Notes: generated from the letters alone by a model not told the origin. Counted from the first letter of the stretch, positions 28,590-38,021 are shown. The stretch is DNA of 38,670 bases from an uncultured Candidatus Saccharibacteria bacterium (GCA_964559575.1 CAZLGQ010000003.1:1-38670), one strand, 5' to 3'. A program made the numbers and translations.

Positions 28590-28979
28590 ATGAATAGTGT
28601 TTTTATACTTTTAAATTATATAAGATGGCACTACACAAAAACCCCCAAAGAAATAGTTTATCTTAATATTGAATTTACTAACTTCATACTAAATCTGTTT
28701 TCAGTACCATCGCTCTTAAAAAGATTAATGTTTATATGGCTTGATATAACTAAAAAAGTTTTAAAAAGAAAAGATACGGTCGGAATTATTTCCGACCTTT
28801 TTCTTTACTCCTTCTTAGGAGCACTAGAAGCTGTTTTAATAATCTTCATTATTTCAATAGCAGTTATCTTAATACTAATATTTGCCTTGATCAGTGTTTT
28901 ATCTTTGGGAGCATGGTTTTTTATTCCGGCTGCCATTATCATAATGTCCATTTTGATCATTAATGCTATTATTTTTTAA
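28590..28979 (+). CDS. Hypothetical membrane protein ('WHY' paralog 2)
   Basis: NYIRWHYTK...LFSVPSLLKRL; 129 aa versus 130 aa for paralog 1, with a similar hydropathy pattern. Confidence 0.75.
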   Translation: MNSVFILLNYIRWHYTKTPKEIVYLNIEFTNFILNLFSVPSLLKRLMFIWLDITKKVLKRKDTVGIISDLFLYSFLGALEAVLIIFIISIAVILILIFALISVLSLGAWFFIPAAIIIMSILIINAIIF

Positions 28980-28996
28980 GAAAAAATTTAAAAACT

Positions 28997-29470
28997 CTAT
29001 TTTTTCTGTAACTCATTTTTTTCAAACATACTCCAAACCTCTTTTGCAACCGGACCAAATTCCGGTAGATCTTTTTTTAAAAACCACTTTGCTGTATCTA
29101 CTTCAAAATCATCAATTTTGAATTTTTCTGTATTAACATATCCACTAAATACATAAATAGTATCTCTTTTTCCTTCCATTTCTGACATAAAACTTCCAAG
29201 ATACTTGGTATTAATAAGTTTAAGCCCCACCTCCTCTTTAGTCTCTCGTCTGGCTGTTTCAGAAGGTTTTTCTTTTCTCTTTATTCCGCCACCTACAAAA
29301 GACCAACCTTTATAATAACTGTTTTTTATACACAAAATTTTTTCATTATAAAAAATAACAACCTTAACACCATAAGTTTTTGGTTTAAATATATGCCAAT
29401 AAACACGAACAAAAGGAATAGCAAAAATGATCACTTTTTTGGCTATTTTTTTAAAAAAAGTAACTATCAT
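28997..29470 (-). CDS. NUDIX hydrolase
   Basis: Nudix box GGIKRKEKPSETARRETKEEVG. Confidence 0.9.
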   Translation of the reverse strand: MIVTFFKKIAKKVIIFAIPFVRVYWHIFKPKTYGVKVVIFYNEKILCIKNSYYKGWSFVGGGIKRKEKPSETARRETKEEVGLKLINTKYLGSFMSEMEGKRDTIYVFSGYVNTEKFKIDDFEVDTAKWFLKKDLPEFGPVAKEVWSMFEKNELQKK

Positions 29471-29608
29471 AATGCTTTAGTATAGCAAAAGCTTAAATTA
29501 TTACATAAATATATCTTTATTATGATTTTTTTATTCAGAGATATCGTTAAAACAGTATCTACAGATCATTTAAATAAAAATTTGTTTATTTTTTCAGAAA
29601 ACTTTTAA

Positions 29609-30244
29609 TTACTTCTTTAAAAGATCAATGATCTCTTGACTCTTATTTTCAAAATCATCATTTATATCTATAACATTGACACCTAACGATCTTGCCTCCT
29701 TTAGCAATTTATCACTATACATCTCTATCATTGAAGCTATAGTAGAAAATGTCTTTTTTTGATTTGACCCATCACGAAGCCAATCACTTTTAGCTTTGGT
29801 TTCTATACTTCTTTTAACAGAACTCTCTCCATTACTATTTACAACCACAACTGCAGAAATATTTTTGTCTTCACTAATAAGCTCAGATATTAAATTAGGA
29901 GTTATATGATAACCTTCAATTAGATAATCCCAATCTTCTTTAATTATAATATCTACAAAATCTTTTACTGATTTAGATATGGTTTCCGCCTGTATCATGT
30001 AAGCATTAACTATTTCATCAACTGTAAACACCTCATACATTTTATCGTTTCCTTTACCGCTCTTTCTGCGAAGGGCTGTTTTTGGAAACAGTGTATCTAT
30101 CTTATCTTGATCAACATACCTCTTAGCTATCACATCAAACACATCAGTTGAAAGCCATGAAATACCAAGTTTCTCTGATATGTTTTTTGCCAAAGTCGTT
30201 TTTGCGCACTTAGGTGGACCTCCGATTAATACGATCTTACTCAT
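29609..30244 (-). CDS. P-loop kinase-like protein (2-phosphoglycerate-kinase/NMP-kinase-like)
   Basis: N-terminal LIGGPPKCAKTT, LSTD and LIEG. Confidence 0.7.
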   Translation of the reverse strand: MSKIVLIGGPPKCAKTTLAKNISEKLGISWLSTDVFDVIAKRYVDQDKIDTLFPKTALRRKSGKGNDKMYEVFTVDEIVNAYMIQAETISKSVKDFVDIIIKEDWDYLIEGYHITPNLISELISEDKNISAVVVVNSNGESSVKRSIETKAKSDWLRDGSNQKKTFSTIASMIEMYSDKLLKEARSLGVNVIDINDDFENKSQEIIDLLKK

Positions 30245-30317
30245 AAATATATTCTACTAAAAATCAAAAATACGACTACCTATATAAAACTTAGTTTTTT
30301 AAATTAAAATTTTAACA

Positions 30318-30410
30318 GCAGGTCTGACAGAACTTAGCTCCGCCTTTCAAGATCCTGACGTAAGCCAAGCAGTTGGCTTACTTCGCCCCTACAAAATTTT
30401 TTAAAATTTT
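30318..30410 (-). repeat. tRNA-Trp-associated element: hairpins plus direct and inverted partial copies of the tRNA 3' end
   Basis: 30318-30335 matches 30411-30428 at 15/18; 30346-30359 is an inverted T-arm-like copy; hairpin gtaagccaa-gcag-ttggcttac at 30360-30381. Confidence 0.7.
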
Positions 30411-30411
30411 G

Positions 30412-30484
30412 CAGGCCCGACAGGACTTGAACCTGCAACCTTCGGTTTTGGAGACCGATGCTCTACCAATTGAGCTACGGGCCT
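30412..30484 (-). tRNA. tRNA-Trp(CCA)
   Basis: AGGCCCG/CGGGCCT acceptor stem, anticodon loop CT-CCA-AA and GGTTCAAGTCC T arm; CCA end not encoded. Confidence 0.97.
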
Positions 30485-30537
30485 ATTATTTTAAACTAAT
30501 ATAAATATAACAAAAATTAACCTTAAACCGCAAGTTA

Positions 30538-30564
30538 AAAACGGCTTTATTTAAAAGCCGTTTT
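30538..30564 (-). terminator. Intrinsic terminator after rpmG
   Basis: aaaacggcttt-5 nt-aaagccgtttt inverted repeat with T-tracts. Confidence 0.7.
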
Positions 30565-30586
30565 AGTTTTTCTGTGTATAAAAATA

Positions 30587-30745
30587 CTACTTTTTAACTT
30601 CTTTATGAGTTATGTGTCCTTTACACCACTTACAAAACTTCTTGAGCTCTATTTTACGCTCAACTTTCTTTTTGTTTTTACCAGACCAGTAGTTTACTCT
30701 TTTACATTCCTGGCAAGCCAACTTTATTAATCTATCTTGTGACAT
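30587..30745 (-). CDS. rpmG: 50S ribosomal protein L33 (zinc-binding C+ type)
   Basis: Manual translation [52 protein letters not shown]; too short for the ORF track. Confidence 0.96.
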   Translation of the reverse strand: MSQDRLIKLACQECKRVNYWSGKNKKKVERKIELKKFCKWCKGHITHKEVKK

Positions 30746-30781
30746 ATATATTAAAAATAAAAATTAACCGGAACAACAACT

Positions 30782-30810
30782 ACTTTATATTAAAAACATC
30801 AAAAAATCAA
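30782..30810 (-). promoter_or_regulatory. Putative sigma70 promoter of rpmG
   Basis: TTGATT-17-TAAAGT. Confidence 0.45.
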
Positions 30811-30864
30811 CCTGCAGTTTATTAAAATTTAAACAAAAACTAAATATTAAACTGTGTTTAATAT

Positions 30865-30889
30865 AAAAACACGGTAATACCGTGTTTTT
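30865..30889 (-). terminator. Intrinsic terminator after tRNA-Tyr
   Basis: aaaaacacggta-a-taccgtgttttt perfect inverted repeat immediately 3' of the tRNA. Confidence 0.8.
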
Positions 30890-30892
30890 CTG

Positions 30893-30976
30893 TGCGCCGG
30901 GTAGGATTTGAACCTACGTAGCCCTAAGGGCGGCGGATTTACAGTCCGCTGCAATTGACCGCTCTGCCACCGACGC
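30893..30976 (-). tRNA. tRNA-Tyr(GTA)
   Basis: GCGTCGG/CCGGCGC acceptor stem, CT-GTA-AA loop, long variable arm and GGTTCAAATCC. Confidence 0.96.
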
Positions 30977-31036
30977 ATCAATACTTTTAACCTACCTGAA
31001 TATAACATACATAAATATGTATGTTAAGTATTAACT

Positions 31037-33718
31037 CTAAACCCTGGTTTCCACCAGATCGTCTTTACGTTCTTTCATTAAAGATCCTTTTCTACCCTTC
31101 TTAACATTAAATGAAAACTCTCCATCTTTCTTAACACCAACAGAAACAGAACCCCCTTTCATAATTCCTTTAGAAACCATCATAGAAGCTATCGGTGTCA
31201 TTATTTTATTTTGAATAATACGCTTTATAGGTCTTGCTCCATACTGAGGATTATAACCCTCTTTAGCAAGATAATTTATAACTTCCAAAGAAACTTTCAG
31301 TGTAATTTCTTTTTGGATCAAACGGTCCTGAACTTCTTTTATGTGGATCTTTACTATTTCTTTAATTGATTTTTCATCCAAAACATCAAACAAGACAGTG
31401 TCATCAAGACGGTTTAAAAACTCCGGTCGGAAAAAATCTTTCAAACTCTCCAATACTTTATTTTTAATAGAGGAGTAATTATCTTCTTGACCTTCTCCAA
31501 ATCCAAGCTTTTGCATTGTATCTATATGCTGAGCACCGGCATTTGATGTCATTATAATAATACAGTTAGTAAAGTTAACATTTCTACCTTTGGCATCTTT
31601 GAGTTGTCCGTTATCTAAAACCTGTAAAAGAATATTAAACACTTCCGGATGAGCTTTTTCTATTTCATCAAGTAAAATAACAGAATAAGGCTTATGACGA
31701 ACCACCTCGGTTAAACCTCCACCTTCATCATGTCCAACATATCCGGGAGGTGAACCTATCATTTTAGAAACTGAGTGTTTTTCCATATACTCAGACATAT
31801 CAAATCTAATTAAAGCTCTTTCATCGTCAAACATAAAATGAGTTAAAGCTTTTGTTAGCTCAGTTTTACCTACACCGGTAGGACCAAGAAATATAAATGA
31901 TCCGATAGGCCTATTAGGATCAGCTATACCAACACGAGAACGCTTAACTGTATCGGATATTTTCTTTACCGCTTCATTCTGCCCAATTATTCTCTTTTTA
32001 AGCTCGTCTTCCATTCTGTTTAGTTTTTCAGCTTCTTCTTCAAGCATTCTGGAAACAGGGATCTCCGTCCATCTGGAAACCACATCAGCTATATCTGATT
32101 CATTTATTTCTTCTTTTAGGATACGTCTTGATTTTTGAAGTTTTTTCAACCGTTTAGTTTTTTCTTTCATTTCCTTTTCAAGTACAGGTATTCTTCCGTA
32201 CCTTATCTCAGCGGCTTTGGAAAGATTTAACTGGGCTTCAGAAGATTCAGCTTCAATACGAAGCTCTTCCAATTCTTTTTTGATCTCTTTTATACGAGAT
32301 ACGGTTTCTTTCTCGTTATTCCAACGGATCTCTATGTCATATATCTTTTCTTTCAGATCAGCGATCTCTTTATTTATTTCTTTAACACGAGTACTTGCTT
32401 TACCTTTTTTATTAGTTTCAGATTTTAAAGCCTCTTTTTCTATTTCTAACTTCATTATTTTAGACTGAGTTTCTTCCAACATAGGAGGCATATTTTCTAA
32501 AGAGATCTTTAATAAAGAAGAAGATTCGTCTATTAAATCAACCGCTTTGTCAGGTAAAAATCTATCACTTATATACCGACTACTTAAAGTAACAGCGGCC
32601 ACTAAAGCATCATCTGTTACACGAACACCATGATAGAGTTCGTACTTCTCTTTTAATCCTCTAAGTATAGTTATGGTGTCATCTATATTTGGTTCTTGAA
32701 TATGAACAGGTTGAAATCTTCTTGTTAAAGCAGGGTCTTTTTCAACATGTTTTTGAAACTCTTTAAAAGTAGTTGCCCCAATAGCTTTAAGGTCTCCTCT
32801 AGCTAATGGAGGCTTTAACATATTGGCGGCATCAAAAGAACCTTCCGCTGCTCCGGCTCCAACTAAAGTATGTATTTCATCAATAAAAAGAATTATCTTT
32901 CCTTCTGCTTTTTCTATCTCTTTTATTATATTTTTCAAACGTTCCTCAAACTCTCCTCTGTATTTAGTTCCGGCTATTAACATTCCCAAATCCAAGGAAA
33001 CAACTTCTTTTTCTTTTAGTGACTCGGGAACATTTCCAAAAGCTATCTTTTCAGCCAAAGCTTCAACCACCGCCGTTTTCCCAACTCCGGCTTCTCCTAT
33101 AAGTAAAGGATTATTTTTAGTCCTTCTTGAAAGTATCTGTATAACTCTTGATATTTCTGCCTCTCTGCCTATTACTGGATCCAACTTTCTCTCAGCGGCG
33201 AGTTTGGTTAAGTTCTTTGTGTACTTAGCTAAAGAATTGTATTTCTTGGGTGTCTGTGCCTCCATTTCACCACTCTCTCTGGCTTTTTCCAAAACTTTCA
33301 TTATTGAATTTTTATCAACCTTAAAACGAGCCATTATTTCCCTTGTTGTGTCTGAAACATCTATAACCGCAATAAAAAGATGTTCGGTAGAGACATATTC
33401 ATCTCCTAATTCTGACGCTGTTTTAGCCGACTGATCTATAGCCTGAGCCAACTCAGGAGTTAGATATATCTGATACGAAGAAGACATTGTAGTATTTGAA
33501 TTTGGAGCTTCCAAAACTTCGGTTACCGTATCTATCAAAGAAAGATGATCAACTTCAAGTCTGTCTAAAAGAGAGGTTATAATACTCTCCTCTTGAGATA
33601 TTAAAGCGGCTAAAAGATGCATGGGATTTACATGATTTTGTCCACGCTCAATAGCCATTTCGTGTGCTTTACGAATGGCTTCTTTAGCTTTTGTTGTAAA
33701 CTGATTAAAAGGTGGCAT
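31037..33718 (-). CDS. clpB: ATP-dependent chaperone ClpB-type (with LGF loop)
   Basis: Clp N-domain, [20 protein letters not shown], long M-domain (AAEIRYG), GPTGVGKT and GSPPGYVG. Confidence 0.93.
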   Translation of the reverse strand: MPPFNQFTTKAKEAIRKAHEMAIERGQNHVNPMHLLAALISQEESIITSLLDRLEVDHLSLIDTVTEVLEAPNSNTTMSSSYQIYLTPELAQAIDQSAKTASELGDEYVSTEHLFIAVIDVSDTTREIMARFKVDKNSIMKVLEKARESGEMEAQTPKKYNSLAKYTKNLTKLAAERKLDPVIGREAEISRVIQILSRRTKNNPLLIGEAGVGKTAVVEALAEKIAFGNVPESLKEKEVVSLDLGMLIAGTKYRGEFEERLKNIIKEIEKAEGKIILFIDEIHTLVGAGAAEGSFDAANMLKPPLARGDLKAIGATTFKEFQKHVEKDPALTRRFQPVHIQEPNIDDTITILRGLKEKYELYHGVRVTDDALVAAVTLSSRYISDRFLPDKAVDLIDESSSLLKISLENMPPMLEETQSKIMKLEIEKEALKSETNKKGKASTRVKEINKEIADLKEKIYDIEIRWNNEKETVSRIKEIKKELEELRIEAESSEAQLNLSKAAEIRYGRIPVLEKEMKEKTKRLKKLQKSRRILKEEINESDIADVVSRWTEIPVSRMLEEEAEKLNRMEDELKKRIIGQNEAVKKISDTVKRSRVGIADPNRPIGSFIFLGPTGVGKTELTKALTHFMFDDERALIRFDMSEYMEKHSVSKMIGSPPGYVGHDEGGGLTEVVRHKPYSVILLDEIEKAHPEVFNILLQVLDNGQLKDAKGRNVNFTNCIIIMTSNAGAQHIDTMQKLGFGEGQEDNYSSIKNKVLESLKDFFRPEFLNRLDDTVLFDVLDEKSIKEIVKIHIKEVQDRLIQKEITLKVSLEVINYLAKEGYNPQYGARPIKRIIQNKIMTPIASMMVSKGIMKGGSVSVGVKKDGEFSFNVKKGRKGSLMKERKDDLVETRV

Positions 33719-33739
33719 AAAATTTAAATTCTTAAAAAA

Positions 33740-33769
33740 ACTATACTACAAATAAGGAATTAAAGTCAA
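33740..33769 (-). promoter_or_regulatory. Putative sigma70 promoter of clpB
   Basis: TTGACT-18-TATAGT; no CIRCE element seen. Confidence 0.45.
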
Positions 33770-33815
33770 AAAGTAACACAATAGCTTAATTTAAACAAGT
33801 TACCCGTGATCTGTA

Positions 33816-34607
33816 TTATTCCTCCAAATCATCTGTATCCTCTTCATCTTCCGATATCTGACCTAGAATTACAGAAATAGGGATATATTCCCCGGTTAAA
33901 CCATCCACATTTATACCCCAAATTTCTCCTGTTAAATTAACTAAAAACGATCCGGGGTTATTAAGAGATATACCATCAGTGCCTATTTTACTTATATTTC
34001 CTTCATCATCCTTATCCAACCAAGAAACACGTCCAACATTTAATCCTCTGTTTTCACTTCCATTAATATGTAAAACAGTTGCACCCACTTTTGGTGTCAC
34101 TTCCTTTGTTTTAAAATCCGAAAAATTATTCTCATCTTCTCTTTTAGCGATTGAGAAACCGGTATCAGAAGAATGAACAGACTTTACTTCTACTTTTTCT
34201 TCTTCTCCCAATACTTCAATATCAAACAGTAAACCCTCTCTTGAAACAAAAGGCATCAGTATTTTATTCCGAGATAAAATAACACCTCCGGCTCTAAAAC
34301 TTCCGTCCTGATTTAAAATATTAACACCTGCCGGTCTAAGAGCTTCATTGGTTTCTATTATAATATCATCACCTCTATCAATAACTCTTTCTTCCACTAT
34401 CTCTCTGACTTCAGTCACTTCAGTTCTTTCCACTTCTGTCGGAGATACATACTCTACAGTTCTTTCCACTATCCGATCAACATTTTGAGATACAACCTTG
34501 GGAGCATGATCTAAAAGAGATACCGTAATTATACCGGTAGCTATAGAAGTTACAAAACTCACTAATATAACAAGTAAAACAAGTTGTCTTTGATTTAACT
34601 CTTCCAT
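33816..34607 (-). CDS. Membrane-anchored protein with degenerate trypsin/HtrA-like domain
   Basis: N-terminal TM (VSFVTSIATGIITVSL), GGVILS, and NPGSFLVNLTGEIWGIN resembling NSGGPLxNxxGEVIGIN. Confidence 0.6.
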   Translation of the reverse strand: MEELNQRQLVLLVILVSFVTSIATGIITVSLLDHAPKVVSQNVDRIVERTVEYVSPTEVERTEVTEVREIVEERVIDRGDDIIIETNEALRPAGVNILNQDGSFRAGGVILSRNKILMPFVSREGLLFDIEVLGEEEKVEVKSVHSSDTGFSIAKREDENNFSDFKTKEVTPKVGATVLHINGSENRGLNVGRVSWLDKDDEGNISKIGTDGISLNNPGSFLVNLTGEIWGINVDGLTGEYIPISVILGQISEDEEDTDDLEE

Positions 34608-34652
34608 ATTGATCTTGTATTAATTTTAAAAGAAAAAACAGTAACGTGCAAA

Positions 34653-35858
34653 TTAATCCTCAAAATCAAGAGCTCTGTATAACAGATCCGGTAAAATATC
34701 AATGTCATTTTCCGTATTTGTCCTACCTAAAGAAAACCTCAAAGACGATGAAGTGCAGTCTTCTTTACCCATAGCTTTTAAAACATGAGAAGAAGATCCC
34801 TTGTGTCTGGCTCTACATGAACTGGAAGAAGAACAAGAAACACCTAAAGAATCCATTCTGGTAACCAAAAACTCTCCATCAGTCCCCGGAAAACATAAAC
34901 TAAGTATGTGAGGTGAACTTTTATCAATATCTCCATTTAAAGAAACATCAGATATCCGAGAGATAATACCTTTAAAAAGTTTGTTACGAAGATCGTTGAC
35001 TCTATCGTACTCTAGAAATCTCATCTCAGAAGCTAATTTAAGAGCTACCGCCATTCCCCTTATGCTAACATTGTCTTCCGTACCTGATCTTAAACCAAAC
35101 TCCTGACCGCCTCCATAAATAATTGGTTTTAATTTAAAAGAAGAACGAGAAAAAAGAACTCCCACCCCTTTAGGTCCGTATATTTTTGAACCATCCAAAG
35201 TTAACCCGTCAACTTTTAAAGCTTCAGGTTTTACATTAAAATAACAAGGAGCTTGACTTGCATCAGAATGAAAATATATTGGTTTTTCTCTATCTATATT
35301 GACCTTCTCTATACCTGAACCTATTTTTCTTATCGGCTGAATAGCACCGGTTTCATTATTTATATACATAACAGATACTAAACGTGTTTCCGGACGAATG
35401 GCATCTAAAATCTTTTGAACAGAAATCACTCCGTCTTTTTCAACTTCTATATAACTAACTGAAACTCCTTCTTCCTCTAATTTTTTACAAGACTCCAAAA
35501 CAGCCGGGTGTTCTATATTTGTGGTTATAACATGAGAATCTTTGGGATCATCTATAATTCCCCTTACTGCCAAATTACAAGACTCGGTTCCGCTTCCTGT
35601 AAATATTACCTCTTTTGGTATACAACCTAAAACATCTGCTACCATCTCTCTGGATTCTTCCAAAAAACGACCGGCTTCCATTCCTTCTTTATAAAAAGTG
35701 GAAGGATTTGCAAAAAAATCCCGAGCTTCACGCATGGCCGAGATCACCCTGTCATCTATCGGTGTCGTTGAGGCATGATCTAGGAATATTCTTTTTTTAT
35801 TATTTTTAAAAAATACTGATAACATTTTGCGATTCAAGATCATTTCAGGTATAATCAT
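34653..35858 (-). CDS. iscS: Cysteine desulfurase (IscS/NifS group I-like); true start probably 35825
   Basis: FLDHASTT, FTGSGTE, IEHPAV, NNETG, SKIYGPKG, RSGT, SSSSC and LRFSLG. Confidence 0.9.
   Translation of the reverse strand: MIIPEMILNRKMLSVFFKNNKKRIFLDHASTTPIDDRVISAMREARDFFANPSTFYKEGMEAGRFLEESREMVADVLGCIPKEVIFTGSGTESCNLAVRGIIDDPKDSHVITTNIEHPAVLESCKKLEEEGVSVSYIEVEKDGVISVQKILDAIRPETRLVSVMYINNETGAIQPIRKIGSGIEKVNIDREKPIYFHSDASQAPCYFNVKPEALKVDGLTLDGSKIYGPKGVGVLFSRSSFKLKPIIYGGGQEFGLRSGTEDNVSIRGMAVALKLASEMRFLEYDRVNDLRNKLFKGIISRISDVSLNGDIDKSSPHILSLCFPGTDGEFLVTRMDSLGVSCSSSSSCRARHKGSSSHVLKAMGKEDCTSSSLRFSLGRTNTENDIDILPDLLYRALDFED
35827..35855 (+). promoter_or_regulatory. sigma70 promoter of the DUF4446 gene
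   Basis: TTGCGA-17-TATAAT. Confidence 0.55.
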
Positions 35859-35894
35859 ACGTTGTTATAGTTAAATTCTCAAGAGATAAAAAAA

Positions 35895-36410
35895 ATGGAA
35901 ATCATAAAAAACACTCCATCGGAATATATATTTTTAACAATAGGTTTAATACTTTTAATACTGATAATTACAAACATTGTTTTTTTTCTAAAATTAATAA
36001 AAATTAAAAACCGAATAAAAAATCTATTAGGTGAAAATAAAAATGGATCCTTGGAAGATACTGTGAATTTGATACAAAAAAAGATCAAAGAACATGAAAA
36101 ATACCACGAAGAAAAAAAGAGTAAAATATCCTTATTAGAAAACAAAATCAAAAGAAGTATTCAAGGAGTTGAAACTTTACGTTTTAACCCCTTCAAAGGT
36201 CATGGAAGTGGTGGAAACCAAAGTTTCGCTTCATCCCTTATTGACGAAAATGGTGACGGTGTGGTATTTTCAACTCTATACTCAAGAGAAAGAGTGAGTG
36301 TTTATGCTAAACCGATAAAAAGTTTTTCTTCTGAATACACACTTTCTGAAGAAGAAAAAGAAGTGATATCAAGATCAAAAGAAAAACAAGGTTCAAAACA
36401 GAAAAAATAA
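35895..36410 (+). CDS. DUF4446-family membrane-anchored protein
   Basis: TM plus coiled coil, RFNPF..GGNQSF, DENGDGVV, YAKP and LSEEE. Confidence 0.8.
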   Translation: MEIIKNTPSEYIFLTIGLILLILIITNIVFFLKLIKIKNRIKNLLGENKNGSLEDTVNLIQKKIKEHEKYHEEKKSKISLLENKIKRSIQGVETLRFNPFKGHGSGGNQSFASSLIDENGDGVVFSTLYSRERVSVYAKPIKSFSSEYTLSEEEKEVISRSKEKQGSKQKK

Positions 36411-36482
36411 TTAAACCTCCAGTTTTATCTTGTGATAAAACTGGTCAAATATACTTTTGATCAGACATAATACATACACAAT

Positions 36483-38009
36483 ATGGCTAAAGAATCTATT
36501 AAAGAAAAAAACATCACTAGACCTCCGGTTATTGCCGTATTAGGACATGTAGATCACGGTAAGTCTTCACTTCTTGACTACATAAGAAAGGTCAACACAG
36601 TTAAAGATGAAGCCGGTGGTATAACTCAGTGTCTTTCAAGCTATGAAATAACACACAAAGTTAAAGAAACAGACGAAAAAAGAAAAATAACTTTTCTTGA
36701 CACCCCCGGACATGAAGCATTCACCTCTCTTAGAGAAAGAGGTACTTCTATAGCCGATATTGTAATACTCGTAGTATCAGCTGAAGATGGAGTTATGCCT
36801 CAAACTAAAGAAGTAATAGATAACCTATTTGCAACAGAAACCCCTTTTATTGTTACTATAAATAAAATAGATACCAATAAATCCGATGTACAAAAAACCA
36901 TCCGTTCATTAACAGAAAATGAGGTCTACCTTGAAAGTATGCACGGAGATATTCCTTCGGTTTCAATTTCTGCCAAAACCGGTGAAGGGATAGACGATCT
37001 CTTGGATATGATAATTTTAGTTGCTGATATGGAAGAATTAAAAGGTGACCCTAATAAAAAAGCAGAAGGTTTGGTATTAGAATCAACAGTTGATCCTAAA
37101 GTCGGAACAACAGCTATGATAATAATAAAAGATGGAGTTTTAAAAACCGGAGACTTTATAGTTGCAGAAAATGCTTACACTCCAATTAGAAACATACAGT
37201 TATGCGATGGATCCTCGGTAAAAGAAGCTACTTTTTCAAGTCCTGTAAGTATTTTCGGTTGGAATACTCCACCTAATGCCGGAGCTCAATTCTATACAGT
37301 TAATACAAAAAAAGAAGCAGAAAAAGAAACAAAAGAATTTTCAACAGCCCTAAAAAAGAGTTTTGACTCAAATCCGACCAACCTTTCTTCAGGAGACATT
37401 AGAAACATACCAATTGTATTAAAAGCCGATAACATAGGATCAATTGAAGCTATAAAAAAAGAACTTAAAAAAATAGATGATAAAGATCCAAATATAAGTA
37501 TAAACTTCATAACTGCTGAAGTGGGTACCATATCAGAAACAGATGTTCAAAATGCCAACATAAATCCGGAAACTCTTCTGTTGGGTTTTAATACATCTTT
37601 ATCAGGACCGGCAAAAAAAATAAGTGAAAACTTAAAAACAGAAGCTAAGATATTCTCTATTATATACAAAATGACCGAATGGATAGAAGAATATATAGAA
37701 AAAACAAGACAGCTAAAGGATGTTGACAAAGAACATGGAAAACTAAAGATCTTAAAATACTTCAGTTCAAATAAAAAAGATCATGTTTTAGGAGGAATCG
37801 TAAAGGAAGGTTTTTTATCAAAAGACGATAGAGTAAAAATATTAAGAAACGAAGAAGTGATCGGACAAGGAAGAATAAAAGATCTACAAGAACAGAAAGT
37901 ATCAACCAAATCCATAAGTGAAGATAAAGAATGTGGATTATTAATTGAATCATCCGCTGAAATAAAAGAAGGTGATACTATTTCCGCTTTTAAAACAGTA
38001 AAAGAGTAA
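36483..38009 (+). CDS. infB: Translation initiation factor IF-2 (short form)
   Basis: [31 protein letters not shown] and NKID; followed by rbfA. Confidence 0.96.
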   Translation: MAKESIKEKNITRPPVIAVLGHVDHGKSSLLDYIRKVNTVKDEAGGITQCLSSYEITHKVKETDEKRKITFLDTPGHEAFTSLRERGTSIADIVILVVSAEDGVMPQTKEVIDNLFATETPFIVTINKIDTNKSDVQKTIRSLTENEVYLESMHGDIPSVSISAKTGEGIDDLLDMIILVADMEELKGDPNKKAEGLVLESTVDPKVGTTAMIIIKDGVLKTGDFIVAENAYTPIRNIQLCDGSSVKEATFSSPVSIFGWNTPPNAGAQFYTVNTKKEAEKETKEFSTALKKSFDSNPTNLSSGDIRNIPIVLKADNIGSIEAIKKELKKIDDKDPNISINFITAEVGTISETDVQNANINPETLLLGFNTSLSGPAKKISENLKTEAKIFSIIYKMTEWIEEYIEKTRQLKDVDKEHGKLKILKYFSSNKKDHVLGGIVKEGFLSKDDRVKILRNEEVIGQGRIKDLQEQKVSTKSISEDKECGLLIESSAEIKEGDTISAFKTVKE

Positions 38010-38021
38010 TACTTAAAGAGT

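Noticed and set aside
28997-30410. Prophage or integrative island at tRNA-Trp
   Set aside because: No integrase or phage genes, and the tRNA-end duplicate is only about 90 bp from the tRNA, so it brackets no cargo.
32823-33434. 203-aa + strand ORF
   Set aside because: Antisense shadow entirely inside clpB.
33719-33815. CIRCE or CtsR heat-shock operator upstream of clpB
   Set aside because: No TTAGCACTC-N9-GAGTGCTAA sequence and no convincing tandem CtsR heptad repeat.
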